A DNA stretch of 64,000 nt from a virus (IMGVR_UViG_3300028388_003135:91-64090); one strand, 5' to 3'; positions 27,142 through 37,370 are shown, counted from the first letter of the stretch. Notes: generated from the sequence alone by a model not told the origin. Made by a program: numbers and translations.

Positions 27142-30100
27142 ATGGAAGATAGCAAGGTAGTCGATAACCCGATTTTTAATCAAAACGGCGAAGTAGTCGA
27201 CGGTACACGCGACATGGTAGCCGATCTCTTAGACGCAATCCAAGGCGATGGCCTGTTTGACTCCCTGCAGGAGAGTTATTGGTCGCACTTTGGCAACGTG
27301 TCCAACCCATACGCCTCAATGCAAGGTTTTGGTTGGCTATCTGACCGACAAGGCTACCACACGCAGAATCGCGACCGGCTGGAAGGTCGCTATTCTCCGG
27401 TCTACGACAACGAGATTGATCTACGCGCGATCCGCCAAGCCTGCCGTTTACTGATTGAGCGGGTGCCTGTTGCAAAGGCGATGCGAGAACGGCTCGTCGA
27501 CTACACGATCTCGAAAGGGTTTGAGATCAAGATCACGCACGATTCGCCCGACGTCCAACAGCTTTGCCAACGGGTCGTGGATAAGTTCATTGAGGACAAC
27601 GACTGGGAATCGTTAGAGATTGAGTCGTTCGAACGGGAACACGAGGAGGGCGAGTTCATCGCGTCGCTGCGTTACGAGCAGGGGCACGTGATGATGGATA
27701 TTCACGAAGGCGACTATTTGAGCGAACCGGTCAACACGGGCGAGCTTGAGTCGTGGTTGCAGCTGCCGGACCGGATCGATCCCTGCTGGACGTTTGGTGT
27801 GCTCCGAGAAAAGCATAGACGGCGAAATCTTGGCTACCACATCACCCGCGATCTCGGTGCGGATTGGCAATTCTATCCCGAGCGACATTTTGTCCATTGG
27901 AAACGAAACAGCAAACAAGACGCTAAGCGTGGGTTTGGAGATCATTACACAACGCACCAATGGCTGAGTCATGGTTCCAAAGTCCTTGGAAACACTGCCC
28001 ACGGAGCAGCAATTCAAGCTGCTATCGCGTACGTCGTAGAGCATGCCAACAAGGTTACGAGCGGGCAGGCAGCGGCATTGGCAGCGACCCGAGGAAAGGT
28101 ATCGATGCGTCCGCAAGTCAACGGAGACGGGACGACCTCAACGCAGCGGAAGTTCAACCCCGGTACCGTTGTCGACCTAAACCAGGGTAGCAAGTATCAC
28201 GCGGGGCTACTTGGCTCGAACAACTCACAGATCTACATCACGGTGATGGAAGCCTGCATGCGGCTATCGGGAACTATCTGGGCGTTTCCCGAACATATGC
28301 TGACCGGCTACGCGGGGAATAACAACCGCGCGAGCAGCGAGACCGCCGAGAGTCCGTTCATTCAGGGACGGCTTCGCGACATCCGGATTCGATCGAAGCG
28401 AACCAAACGTTTGGTTTTGAAGATCCTCCGCATGTACTTCGATGCTAATCAGAGCATAGGGAGTTGGGAGGAGATCGAACCGGGGCTGGATGTAGCGATT
28501 GGCGAACCAGAGATTGTCAATCGTGATGAAGCAGCTGTGACGGCAGCACTGGTTCAGCAAGCCGAGAAGGGATGGGTATCTAACCACACAGCAATGACCA
28601 CGCTAGGCCGCGACGTCGAAGACGAGCAGGCGAAAATTGCGGACGAGCAGAAGTCGCAGCCAGGCCAGCAGGAAGGCCCTGCAGCGGGCCGCTCAGCGAC
28701 GTTCGGCGGGCTCTCCCGTATGCAATGGACACGCAACAACAGGGCCTTAGATGACGTGCTAGGGGCTTTAAAAAGCGGTGGAGTCAGTGCTCGCAGAGCG
28801 CGCGTAATGTTGCGAACGTTGGGATTGGACGGTGATGACGCTTTAGAGTTGATTCAAGATGCAGGCGGTCCCCAACGTTTGGGCGAGTCTATTGAAAGGT
28901 TTCTTGAGGCGTGGGATCCGAGCGAGCATCCGCGATACCCGAAGGGGCATCCGAAGGGCGGTAAGTTCATGTCGAAGGATGATGCGGAACAGTACCATCG
29001 CGAGCAGGCCGCGCAACAAACGCAAGTCGAAGCAGCGAGGAAGGTCGAGAAGGCGATGCGCACGCTCAAAGGTCGCAAAGAGCTCTCGCAAGAAATATAC
29101 GAGAGCTTGGACGCTGACGGCCAAACAGCGATGTATGAGTATTCTGGCATCGGCATCGACATTAATCAGGCGATCCGCGACGGACGTACCAGCGGTGTGC
29201 ACATGGAAGCGGCCAGGGCTCTTGAGAAGGTCATGCAGCAGTCAGGAGTCGAGGTCCCAGCGGGAACCCTTTTGCATCGTGTGGTCGAAGAAAAGCATGT
29301 GAAGGCGTTGCTAGAAACAGGCGTAGATGCTGATGACGCATTCGTCTCAACGACCGTTGGCAACCTTGACCGCATCAAGTCGGACATGGAGGACTTCGAC
29401 GCCGAGAATCCGGTAACGCTGAACATACTGCTTGCGGACGACATCAAGGGCTTGCCGCTACAGGGTAAGTTTAATCAGTACTTCGCGTATCAGGACGAGG
29501 TTCTGCTTGAGCCAGGCACTGTCTTTGAATTGGAGTATAAAGACGGCAATAGCATCGACGTGCTCGCGTACAAGCGACGGGAGGCACCCGACTGGACTGG
29601 AGGCGGTGTAGCGAACACGTCGCAGTTCGACACGGCGCACGCTCGCGACAACGCCGGGCGGCGACTAATGCAATCAGCGCCGGCGATGCTAGCGGCCAAC
29701 CGAGAGTTCGCGGACTTCGCGGCTTTCGAGGACGATACGGAGCAGCGTGTATCGTCAGCAGCGAAAGAAATGTTCGGGCATGGGTGGGATGCCGTGACGC
29801 GAGAATCTGTAGCCGACGCGGCGGGGGCGCTGGATAACGCGTCTGTGATGGTCGACGAGTGGGAGGGGCAGATCCGCGTATCCGTCAAACATCCGGACGT
29901 CATGACGCAAGAGCGGATCCTATACAGGGAGGGCAACGAGACGTTCATGCTCAACGACCAGCTAGAAACATTCGGAGAATCAGGTATTGGTCGGGAAATC
30001 TTCCGACAGCAGGTAGTAGCGTCCAAACGTTTGGGCCTCAACGCGATGAAAGCCGTTGCGTCAGGCGACGGTCGCGTTGGAGATCAGAACGGTTACTACA

Positions 30101-30339
30101 CTTGGGCTCGCTACGGCTACGACGGACCGATCGAAAGCATTCGCAGCAAGCGAACGCAAGAAAAGGTTCGCCAGCGATTCCCGAAAGCGAAGACGATGCT
30201 TGACCTGATGTCGACGCAAGCCGGTCGAGACTTCTGGCGGGACAATGGGACCGAATGGGACGCGACGTTCGATCTAGCTGACGGATCGCGATCGCTGGCA
30301 GTGTTTGAGGCCTACTTAGAAGCAAAAGGTGAGCTATGA
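27142..30339 (+). CDS. Portal protein fused to an ADP-ribosyltransferase and a GNAT-like domain
   Basis: N-terminal ~500 aa portal-like (position; HWKRN...RG..D; N.ASS...ESPF). HPRYPKG..KGGKF linker. ART motifs LHRV, FVSTT, QDEVLL. C-terminal GIGREIF...NGYYTWARYGY. Confidence 0.75.
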   Translation: MEDSKVVDNPIFNQNGEVVDGTRDMVADLLDAIQGDGLFDSLQESYWSHFGNVSNPYASMQGFGWLSDRQGYHTQNRDRLEGRYSPVYDNEIDLRAIRQACRLLIERVPVAKAMRERLVDYTISKGFEIKITHDSPDVQQLCQRVVDKFIEDNDWESLEIESFEREHEEGEFIASLRYEQGHVMMDIHEGDYLSEPVNTGELESWLQLPDRIDPCWTFGVLREKHRRRNLGYHITRDLGADWQFYPERHFVHWKRNSKQDAKRGFGDHYTTHQWLSHGSKVLGNTAHGAAIQAAIAYVVEHANKVTSGQAAALAATRGKVSMRPQVNGDGTTSTQRKFNPGTVVDLNQGSKYHAGLLGSNNSQIYITVMEACMRLSGTIWAFPEHMLTGYAGNNNRASSETAESPFIQGRLRDIRIRSKRTKRLVLKILRMYFDANQSIGSWEEIEPGLDVAIGEPEIVNRDEAAVTAALVQQAEKGWVSNHTAMTTLGRDVEDEQAKIADEQKSQPGQQEGPAAGRSATFGGLSRMQWTRNNRALDDVLGALKSGGVSARRARVMLRTLGLDGDDALELIQDAGGPQRLGESIERFLEAWDPSEHPRYPKGHPKGGKFMSKDDAEQYHREQAAQQTQVEAARKVEKAMRTLKGRKELSQEIYESLDADGQTAMYEYSGIGIDINQAIRDGRTSGVHMEAARALEKVMQQSGVEVPAGTLLHRVVEEKHVKALLETGVDADDAFVSTTVGNLDRIKSDMEDFDAENPVTLNILLADDIKGLPLQGKFNQYFAYQDEVLLEPGTVFELEYKDGNSIDVLAYKRREAPDWTGGGVANTSQFDTAHARDNAGRRLMQSAPAMLAANREFADFAAFEDDTEQRVSSAAKEMFGHGWDAVTRESVADAAGALDNASVMVDEWEGQIRVSVKHPDVMTQERILYREGNETFMLNDQLETFGESGIGREIFRQQVVASKRLGLNAMKAVASGDGRVGDQNGYYTWARYGYDGPIESIRSKRTQEKVRQRFPKAKTMLDLMSTQAGRDFWRDNGTEWDATFDLADGSRSLAVFEAYLEAKGEL

Positions 30340-31013
30340 ACCGCGACAAAAACGAACTCCGAGAAACTCGCCTTGACGCAAGGGCGCACACTGCCGCGAC
30401 TGGCCTTGTGAATCGCGTGTTTGGCGCTGTGCCAGATGCCGTCCTCAAACGTTTGGGCAAGTGGCCCAAACCCGGCAAGCCTAAGCTGCTTAAGGAATCT
30501 GTTCAAACCGTTGCGAGCGGCTTAGCGTTGATCGCTAGGGATACTGGGCGAGTGCTAATGATCCAGCGAGCGAACGACCCGGCGGATCATGCAGCTGGCT
30601 TTTGGGAGTTTCCAGGTGGACATATCGAGGATGGCGAAACGCCATTGCAGGCCGCTATTCGCGAATGGGAAGAAGAAGTCGGGGTGAAGTTGCCAGACGG
30701 GTTGGATAGCGAGAGCGACTGGTCAACGGGCGTCTATATGGGTCACGTAGCGTTCATCGACAGCGAATCCGACTTAGAGATCAACACGGATTCCAAGGAA
30801 GTGCTCAACCCAGACGATCCGGACGGCGATGGTGTCGAGGTTGCAGCGTGGTGGGACATAGACCATATTATGGGCAGTAAGAACATTCGTCCTGAACTTC
30901 GGGCCGTCGCTAGTCTAGTCGTCGGCGTTATGCGTTCGGCTACTCCGTTGCTGGAGTCGGACCTATCTAATACGCAACGCCAAATGCTCGAACGATGGTC
31001 CAACTACCCATGA
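30336..31013 (+). CDS. NUDIX hydrolase
   Basis: Nudix box GGHIEDGETPLQAAIREWEEEVG. Confidence 0.9.
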   Translation: MNRDKNELRETRLDARAHTAATGLVNRVFGAVPDAVLKRLGKWPKPGKPKLLKESVQTVASGLALIARDTGRVLMIQRANDPADHAAGFWEFPGGHIEDGETPLQAAIREWEEEVGVKLPDGLDSESDWSTGVYMGHVAFIDSESDLEINTDSKEVLNPDDPDGDGVEVAAWWDIDHIMGSKNIRPELRAVASLVVGVMRSATPLLESDLSNTQRQMLERWSNYP

Positions 31014-31020
31014 GGCCGTT

Positions 31021-31317
31021 ATGACCGACACACCACCGCAAAGAATCGCTCTGCAACCCGAAGACCTAGACACGATTCGGCAACGCGAAAAGGCGTACAT
31101 AGACTCCCTCAGTCAGCGATACCCACACATCCAGCTAACGAATGAACAATTCGAAACACTGGTCAAAGGACGAAGAGTCGAGATCATGCTAGAGATTCAC
31201 GACGAACGAATGCGACAGAGCGAACTCGGCACAACACAGCCCGGCGCCAACCTAGTGATTGCAAGTAACCCCGAAGAGTCACAGACAACAGCGGCAAGCG
31301 AACTTACTGAAGAGTAA
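31021..31317 (+). CDS. Hypothetical protein
   Basis: GAGG RBS. Confidence 0.5.
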   Translation: MTDTPPQRIALQPEDLDTIRQREKAYIDSLSQRYPHIQLTNEQFETLVKGRRVEIMLEIHDERMRQSELGTTQPGANLVIASNPEESQTTAASELTEE

Positions 31318-31349
31318 GTCAAACGTTTGCAGTGGATCTAAAGTTCTAC

Positions 31350-31376
31350 ACGCTCTGCTATGCGGAGCGTTTTTTT
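31350..31376 (+). terminator. Rho-independent terminator
   Basis: ACGCTCTGC-TAT-GCGGAGCGT followed by a T-tract. Confidence 0.7.
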
Positions 31377-31390
31377 ATAGGCAGAGCACA

Positions 31391-32005
31391 ATGGAACTAC
31401 CGAACAGAGGTCGGCTTGAGTCGCAGCTACGTAGCGCGGTCCGCAAGACGTTCAAGCAATATCGAACACTCGGAACTCGACAACCGCCTTGGGTGAAGAT
31501 TCGCCGCGAGTTAGAGCAGAATGTCAAGCCGATCTTGGATCGGATTAAGTCCGAGTCGGCGCGCACGATGGCGGCTAAATATGCGGACGATCCGTTACCT
31601 CCTGACTTTGATCCAGGCGGGCGAACCGCTACGGAGTTTGCTGCGGACGTAGTGTCGCGAACTGCCAGGTCATGGCTGAAAATGCCGCGACGAACGAAAG
31701 AGGTTCGCGAAGCGTTCGCAGAGAAGCACTTCGGGGAAGATCGCATCGCAGTCATCGGAACCACAGAGGCGACGTTTGCGCATCAGGCAGGCGAAAATGC
31801 AGTGATGGATTGGCTCGACGACGCGGACCTTGAGGCGATCTGGCAAGTCGAAGAAGGCTGCACCAAAAGCGGTCCTTGCGAAGAATGCCAGAAGATGCAC
31901 AACAAGCCAAAAAGCTACTGGGAACAGTTCTACCCGCTTGGGCCAGGGTCTGTGCATCCGTCCTGTTGTTGCTGGCTGAAGTACCGTCGAAGGTCTAGGC
32001 GGTAG
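31391..32005 (+). CDS. Head morphogenesis (MuF/gp7-like) minor capsid protein
   Basis: R...I..TE...A...G; W...C..C; HPSCCC. Confidence 0.7.
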   Translation: MELPNRGRLESQLRSAVRKTFKQYRTLGTRQPPWVKIRRELEQNVKPILDRIKSESARTMAAKYADDPLPPDFDPGGRTATEFAADVVSRTARSWLKMPRRTKEVREAFAEKHFGEDRIAVIGTTEATFAHQAGENAVMDWLDDADLEAIWQVEEGCTKSGPCEECQKMHNKPKSYWEQFYPLGPGSVHPSCCCWLKYRRRSRR

Positions 32006-32013
32006 CAGAAATA

Positions 32014-32054
32014 CAAACGTTTGGTTGGCTATGTGTTCAGCTACTGGGCATAAT
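32014..32054 (+). promoter_or_regulatory. Late-promoter candidate, copy 1
   Basis: 29-nt identity with 41592-41620; TTGGCT-N18-CATAAT. Confidence 0.65.
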
Positions 32055-32061
32055 TCCATGC

Positions 32062-33207
32062 ATGAGCAGTCCAGCAGCTAACGCCGAAGTGATTCGTTTC
32101 CAGGAATCCTACCAGTTTGACAAGAGCCGCATTGATCGTGATGCAGGCGTCATTCATAACGTCAAGGTGCTAGGCCTGGAGTCGAAGAATCGCCGGAACT
32201 ACCGCGAAGCAATCAAGGCCTCCAAGGCGAAATACGAGGGGGCAAAAGTATTTCTCGACCACGAACGCGAAGGCAAGGAACGACGCAACGAAGATCGATG
32301 GGGCAAGCTCGAAGGGATTTACGAAGCTGCGGACGGGCTTTATGCCAAACGTTTGGTCTATGCGAAAGAGCATCGTCTAACGCCACAGATTCTAGAAGGC
32401 ATCGAGCGGTTCAACGATTTTGGCCTTTCCCATGATGCAAGCGGTCGCGGTCGCAAAGACGGCAGCGGCGTAGTAGTCGAAGCGATTGACGTAGTTCATT
32501 CGGTCGACCTTGTTCAACAGCCAGCAACCACCAACAACCTATTCGAGTCAAGCATGAGCGCTAAAGCGAAATTTTGGACCGTACTTCGCGAGTCTTGTGG
32601 CAAGAACGATACCGCAACTTTGCTGCTCACCAATCTCACCGAGATGGATGACAGCGAGCTCTATCCTTCTGAGAAAGAGATGGAAGTTGACGAGGCTGCG
32701 ATGGGCGAGATGTCCCTCGACGAACAAGTCGATCAAGCATTCAACGCTGCCGTCACTGCCATTCTGAACGCGAACATCGACACCAAGTCCAAGATCGCAA
32801 AGATTAGCATGCTCTTGCGTACCGCTGACAAGGCGCACAACGCAAACGCCACCGACACCCAAACCACTGAATCGCAAGAGACTGGAGGTCCCGGCAAGAT
32901 GACCGAATCGCAACAGAAGCAGCTTGAAGAGTTGCAACAGTTCAAAGAGGAAACCCTGCAGGCGCAAGAGCGCGACTCATGCGTGAACCTGTTAGAGTCG
33001 TTCGAAGTCGAGCCAACCGACGTTCGCGTAAATGCGTTGGTTGCATTGGAAAGCAGTCAGCGAGAAGCATTGGCGAAGTCGTTTCCGACCAAAGCCAAGC
33101 GGCCAGAGTCGAGCCTCGGTCGGCTAGCCGAGTCCGTAATGAACGGCGGCAACGATCAGGACGAGTTTCCTTCCGATCCGGCTAAGCTGCACGAAATCTT
33201 CCACTAA
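32062..33207 (+). CDS. Prohead protease/scaffold protein
   Basis: SKNRRNY, VFLDH, GLSH, SVDLVQQPA; acidic helical C-terminal scaffold. Confidence 0.8.
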   Translation: MSSPAANAEVIRFQESYQFDKSRIDRDAGVIHNVKVLGLESKNRRNYREAIKASKAKYEGAKVFLDHEREGKERRNEDRWGKLEGIYEAADGLYAKRLVYAKEHRLTPQILEGIERFNDFGLSHDASGRGRKDGSGVVVEAIDVVHSVDLVQQPATTNNLFESSMSAKAKFWTVLRESCGKNDTATLLLTNLTEMDDSELYPSEKEMEVDEAAMGEMSLDEQVDQAFNAAVTAILNANIDTKSKIAKISMLLRTADKAHNANATDTQTTESQETGGPGKMTESQQKQLEELQQFKEETLQAQERDSCVNLLESFEVEPTDVRVNALVALESSQREALAKSFPTKAKRPESSLGRLAESVMNGGNDQDEFPSDPAKLHEIFH

Positions 33208-33270
33208 TCAAGCCCGAGCCAAGCCCGGCCCCAAACGTTTGCTACATTCATTATTTTTTGAGTAGGTCCG

Positions 33271-33981
33271 ATGACGAAAGCAACCGACTTCAATGACGTT
33301 CAGCGTGGTTCGTTCAACAACGCACAGTGGCAAGAAATGTGCATTGTTGCACCACCTGACGGCCACGGCTCGGCTGGGACGATCGCGCTCCTTGAGGAGA
33401 ATGGCGGTGGCGTCTCGATCACAACCTCAACCACCGATAACAACCTTGCGTATATTCAGAAGTCCGCGCGGACAATGAACCTCGCAGGCGGCTATTCGGT
33501 GGCCTTGAGTGGTATCCTTCAGTTCTCTGAAGCTAACACCAATGCGGCAAACATCTTCGTTGGTCTCACCAACATCGCATCAGCAGCGGTTCTGCAAGAC
33601 GACGGAGCTGGCCTGATCTCAGCGTTCAAAGGCGTCGGTTTCTTCAAGGTAGATGGTGGCGTAAACCTCCAGGTCGGAGTAGGCAACGGTACTGACGCCA
33701 ATGAAACCAAGGAGATCGATAACACGGCCAATCAGCGAAAGGCGGCGGTGGTAGCTGGGTCCGCTTCCGACGTACCTTTCCGGATTGGAGCGATCTACAA
33801 AACGTCAACCAAGATCGATGTGGTCTTCTGGTGGAACGGTGTCGAGGTCTACAAGATCACCGACTACGACCCAACCGGCATGGGCTTGCTAGCTCCGTGC
33901 TTCGCCGTGAAGTGTGGTTCGACCACCGCAGAAGTCTTGAAGCTGCGGATGTACAACGCATCTGTTCGGCGCGCTGGTTAA
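33271..33981 (+). CDS. Virion structural protein (head decoration-like)
   Basis: Lies between protease and capsid; beta-rich, small residues. Confidence 0.5.
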   Translation: MTKATDFNDVQRGSFNNAQWQEMCIVAPPDGHGSAGTIALLEENGGGVSITTSTTDNNLAYIQKSARTMNLAGGYSVALSGILQFSEANTNAANIFVGLTNIASAAVLQDDGAGLISAFKGVGFFKVDGGVNLQVGVGNGTDANETKEIDNTANQRKAAVVAGSASDVPFRIGAIYKTSTKIDVVFWWNGVEVYKITDYDPTGMGLLAPCFAVKCGSTTAEVLKLRMYNASVRRAG

Positions 33982-34039
33982 GGCCTGACGGTCCCCCAAT
34001 AACTCAAACGTTTGAATCAATAGCTTATTTCCGGAGAGT

Positions 34040-35209
34040 ATGATGGACGCGAAGACACGACGCCACAACGACCTACGCCGATGGCGTGAGTCCCGTCAAA
34101 AGGAAGGCCGTCCAGGTGTTAAGCGGTTTGTCAACGAGTGGCGAGGCATGCTCAAAGAGGCACGCCGCAACAACACTCTCGATGACTGGTCCATTCGTGG
34201 CATGTTCGAGGCTGTGGTTGACGATGGGCACGAACTGGTCAACAACCACTTTGGTTCGAACTCCGGTGGCTTCCGGATGCATGAGGCCGGGACGGCAATT
34301 GACACGTCGTTGTTTCAGGCGACTCAAGGGCAGTACGTTTACAACCTCATCATGGAGGCGTACGAGAAGCCCGAGTTCGTCGGCGACTTGCTGTTCCGCA
34401 CGCAGCAGTCCAACGAGGTTCGCGAAACAATCCCCGGCGTGAGCGAGCTGGGTGATGACGTGGAGGTCGTGGACGAGAACGAGCCATATCCAAACGCTGT
34501 CACGCAAGAGTGCTGGATCGAGACTCCTGCTACGATCAAACGCGGTTTGATGGTCAACGTCACGAAAGAAACGGTCTTCTTCGACAAGACCGGTTTGATC
34601 ATGCAGCGAGCGTCAAACGTCGGGTACACGATTCGCCTCAACAAAGAGAAGCGAATGCTCGATTGTGCGTTCGGCATCACGACCGTTTACAAGCGAAATG
34701 GCAAGGCCGCAGAAGCGACCTACCAGTCAGAGAATCTGACCGCAAGTAATCCGTTGGTCGACTTCCAAAGCCTCGATACCGCTGACACGAAGTACAGCGA
34801 CATCTTGGATCCGGACACCGGCGAACCAATCGTCTCAACGCCGAACACGTTAATTGTCCCATCGGCGTTGAAAAATACTGCAATGCGAATCCGGAACTCG
34901 GTACTGACGAACGTTTCGACGCAGTCGTCAACAGTCGAGACTCGGGTAGCAGGCAACTCGTTGAATCAGCCCTATGAGATCGTTACGAGCCCATACGTGA
35001 AGCAGCGGACATCGTCAGCTTCGACATGGTTCTACGGCAATCCAAAGGCCGCGTTCATCTACATGCAAAACTGGCCTTTGACCGTCGAAAACGAGACCGG
35101 TAACGGCCCGCAAGCGTTTGAACGGGATATCGTCGCGAGATACAAAGCGTCCGAGCGAGGTTCAGCGGGTGTCTACGAACGACGCCACATGCTCAAGGCA
35201 ACCGCCTAG
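34040..35209 (+). CDS. Major capsid protein (Mu gpT-like, HK97 fold)
   Basis: V.E.E.YP, KRG....T.E...D.TG, TGEPI...P..LIVP.AL, SPY, W..G. Confidence 0.85.
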   Translation: MMDAKTRRHNDLRRWRESRQKEGRPGVKRFVNEWRGMLKEARRNNTLDDWSIRGMFEAVVDDGHELVNNHFGSNSGGFRMHEAGTAIDTSLFQATQGQYVYNLIMEAYEKPEFVGDLLFRTQQSNEVRETIPGVSELGDDVEVVDENEPYPNAVTQECWIETPATIKRGLMVNVTKETVFFDKTGLIMQRASNVGYTIRLNKEKRMLDCAFGITTVYKRNGKAAEATYQSENLTASNPLVDFQSLDTADTKYSDILDPDTGEPIVSTPNTLIVPSALKNTAMRIRNSVLTNVSTQSSTVETRVAGNSLNQPYEIVTSPYVKQRTSSASTWFYGNPKAAFIYMQNWPLTVENETGNGPQAFERDIVARYKASERGSAGVYERRHMLKATA

Positions 35210-35279
35210 AATTGCGTTCTAACGCGACCTGTTGGTTGCGTGCGTGAAACGCCAGCCCTAAACTTAACTACGTTTAAAC

Positions 35280-35310
35280 AGCCGCTCCTGCGATCAGGAG
35301 CGGCTTTTTT
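35280..35310 (+). terminator. Rho-independent terminator after the capsid gene
   Basis: AGCCGCTCCTG-CGAT-CAGGAGCGGCT followed by a T-tract. Confidence 0.9.
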
Positions 35311-35333
35311 CCTAGTTACAGACAGGCGACACA

Positions 35334-36092
35334 ATGACCGACGACAGACGACCACCAGCAGCAGCAGCGGACGAAGATTTACAGACGGGGGAGAACTTGC
35401 AGGCAGAGGCTGAATTGCGAGGCGAGTCCAATAAGGGCGGTGAAGACATCCAAACGTTTGCCGGCGCAGCAACCGATGTTACGTTTGACGGCCCTGAAGC
35501 AGATTCCGATCCCGATGCCCCCATAGAAAACACCTTGCGGGAGTCGCTGAAGGCACTCAGTGACGCAGAGCGAGAGAGTCCTGCAGTGCAAGCGATCCTA
35601 GCGAAGCTCGATGAAGCAGAAGCTGCTGTAACGGAGCTGCAAGCTAGGAACGACCAGCTAGAAGCTGATGCGGCAGCCAATTCGATCCATCGTGGCGCAA
35701 GGCCGGTCGTTGGTGAAGGCGGTGGCTACGTGTTTGTAGTGGGGCCAGTTAATCGGGCAAAGCACAGTGCTCTGCCGGTCAAGCGACTAACGTGCTGCGA
35801 CGAATCAGAGGCTATCCGGTACTACGTTATCTCGACGGACAATCCGCCGGGCAGCGGCAAGCAGGTGGATCCAGTCAAGGTCGCGCTAAGAGCTGTGATT
35901 ACGGATAACCGACGTGCGAAGCTAACGCAGCTCAAGCAAAGGATATCGCAAGTGCGTTTGAAGTTGCAAAACGGCGCGCCGTTGACCACGAACGATCAGA
36001 AGATTTACTCGCAGTATCAACAAGAGATCGACGGACTGCCGTATGATGAAAACAACCCATTCGAGGACGCGGACGTGCAAGACGTGTCCTAA
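35334..36092 (+). CDS. Hypothetical protein
   Basis: Long ORF with an acidic N-terminus. Confidence 0.65.
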   Translation: MTDDRRPPAAAADEDLQTGENLQAEAELRGESNKGGEDIQTFAGAATDVTFDGPEADSDPDAPIENTLRESLKALSDAERESPAVQAILAKLDEAEAAVTELQARNDQLEADAAANSIHRGARPVVGEGGGYVFVVGPVNRAKHSALPVKRLTCCDESEAIRYYVISTDNPPGSGKQVDPVKVALRAVITDNRRAKLTQLKQRISQVRLKLQNGAPLTTNDQKIYSQYQQEIDGLPYDENNPFEDADVQDVS

Positions 36093-36115
36093 CTACTTTT
36101 TCTGGAGCGAGGAAC

Positions 36116-36421
36116 ATGACAAAGAAGTTTGAAGTGACGTTAGGTGAATCGGTTCTGATGGTCGAAGCCGACGACGAAATCGAAGCGATTCGCTTGGCCA
36201 GGCTGAAGGCTAATGTTCCTCACTCCACGCATCACAAGGTCGTCTGTTGCGATCCAGAATGCGAGGAGCATGCTGACGAAACCGCCGACGTCGATCCGGA
36301 CGCAGAAACCGTCGATCCAGAAACGGCCGATCCGGAAACCGTCGATCCGGAAACGCCGGAGGATCCGGTTGTCGTTGATACGAATCCCGACCTCCCACTT
36401 CCGACCAATCCGTTAGGTTAA
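36116..36421 (+). CDS. Hypothetical protein with (V/A)DPET repeats
   Basis: GAGG RBS; 15-bp-like repeats at about 36289-36368. Confidence 0.6.
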   Translation: MTKKFEVTLGESVLMVEADDEIEAIRLARLKANVPHSTHHKVVCCDPECEEHADETADVDPDAETVDPETADPETVDPETPEDPVVVDTNPDLPLPTNPLG

Positions 36422-36425
36422 ACCT

Positions 36426-36704
36426 ATGACCACCAGCTGCGAGCAAGCAAAAGAGTACTTGCAAACGTTGCTAAAGCGTCAAGCAACGATCAACAAACGT
36501 CTGGAAGAAGCTTACGAGTGCTTTAAACCAAACGTAAAGAGCAGCGAAGGCGGTTCGACGGTAGATCACGCAGGGGCCCGCAAAGAATTAGAGCAGGCCC
36601 TCAAGAACGTCAATCAGCAGATCGCCGAAGCGCGAGAGCAGATGGAGGCGATCTGCGGTGATGGTGGAACGTTCGAGGTGATTAGCGAGATGGACGTGTT
36701 CTAA
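36426..36704 (+). CDS. Putative head-tail adaptor
   Basis: Position, size and helix-hairpin-helix pattern. Confidence 0.45.
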   Translation: MTTSCEQAKEYLQTLLKRQATINKRLEEAYECFKPNVKSSEGGSTVDHAGARKELEQALKNVNQQIAEAREQMEAICGDGGTFEVISEMDVF

Positions 36705-37156
36705 TGTCGTTGTCGTTGCTGACGGAAGTAGATTGCTCTGCGGATCGTTTCGAGTGCTATGCCGACGAATGGAAGCACATGGACGACGATTCAATCGTGG
36801 ATGTCGGCATTGTCTATTCGTCTGATGTTAGGGACGATACGACTTCGCGAAGAAAGCCCGCTCCAACCGCAGGAGTCAAGGCACTGCGGACAGATCCTAG
36901 TCACAACGAGATCGCGATTCTCGCTAGCGGTTCGTTTGGCTTCCAATCGTCGGATCGGCGTTTCACTCTCTTTGTGAACACGCTTCGGGTAAACCCGAAG
37001 GACAGCAAAAGCGACATGCTCGCCCTTGTAGAGTCTGATAAGATCGTGAGCGGTTCTTTCACGTACACAATTCTCTCGATGCGACTGGCAGTCTACGACA
37101 CGCAATTGATCTGCTTATGCCGGCGTGTCCACAGTCAGGCTAGCGCACCTATATAG
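36704..37156 (+). CDS. Putative head closure protein
   Basis: Position; C-terminal D.I.....YTI.........C.C pattern. Confidence 0.45.
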   Translation: MSLSLLTEVDCSADRFECYADEWKHMDDDSIVDVGIVYSSDVRDDTTSRRKPAPTAGVKALRTDPSHNEIAILASGSFGFQSSDRRFTLFVNTLRVNPKDSKSDMLALVESDKIVSGSFTYTILSMRLAVYDTQLICLCRRVHSQASAPI

Positions 37157-37370
37157 GACGAACCGATGATGGTTTCCGACGTTGACTATTATGCGGCATT
37201 TTTGGCATCGCGAATCCTGCTTTTCCTAGCGTTTCTCTTCGCGGCCTGGTGCTTCGGCTACTACTACATGGACTACCACGGTCGTCACCGTGGCATCTGA
37301 GCCCCCAAACGTTTGGGCCTTAATAAGGTGCAACGCACAGAACGCGACATCTACAACGGAGGCACCGATC

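Noticed and set aside
36289-36368. (V/A)DPET tandem repeat and other low-complexity repeats (about 19506, 54186, 56144, 56570)
   Set aside because: These are in-frame coding repeats of ordinary linker type, with no sign of a DGR or phase variation.
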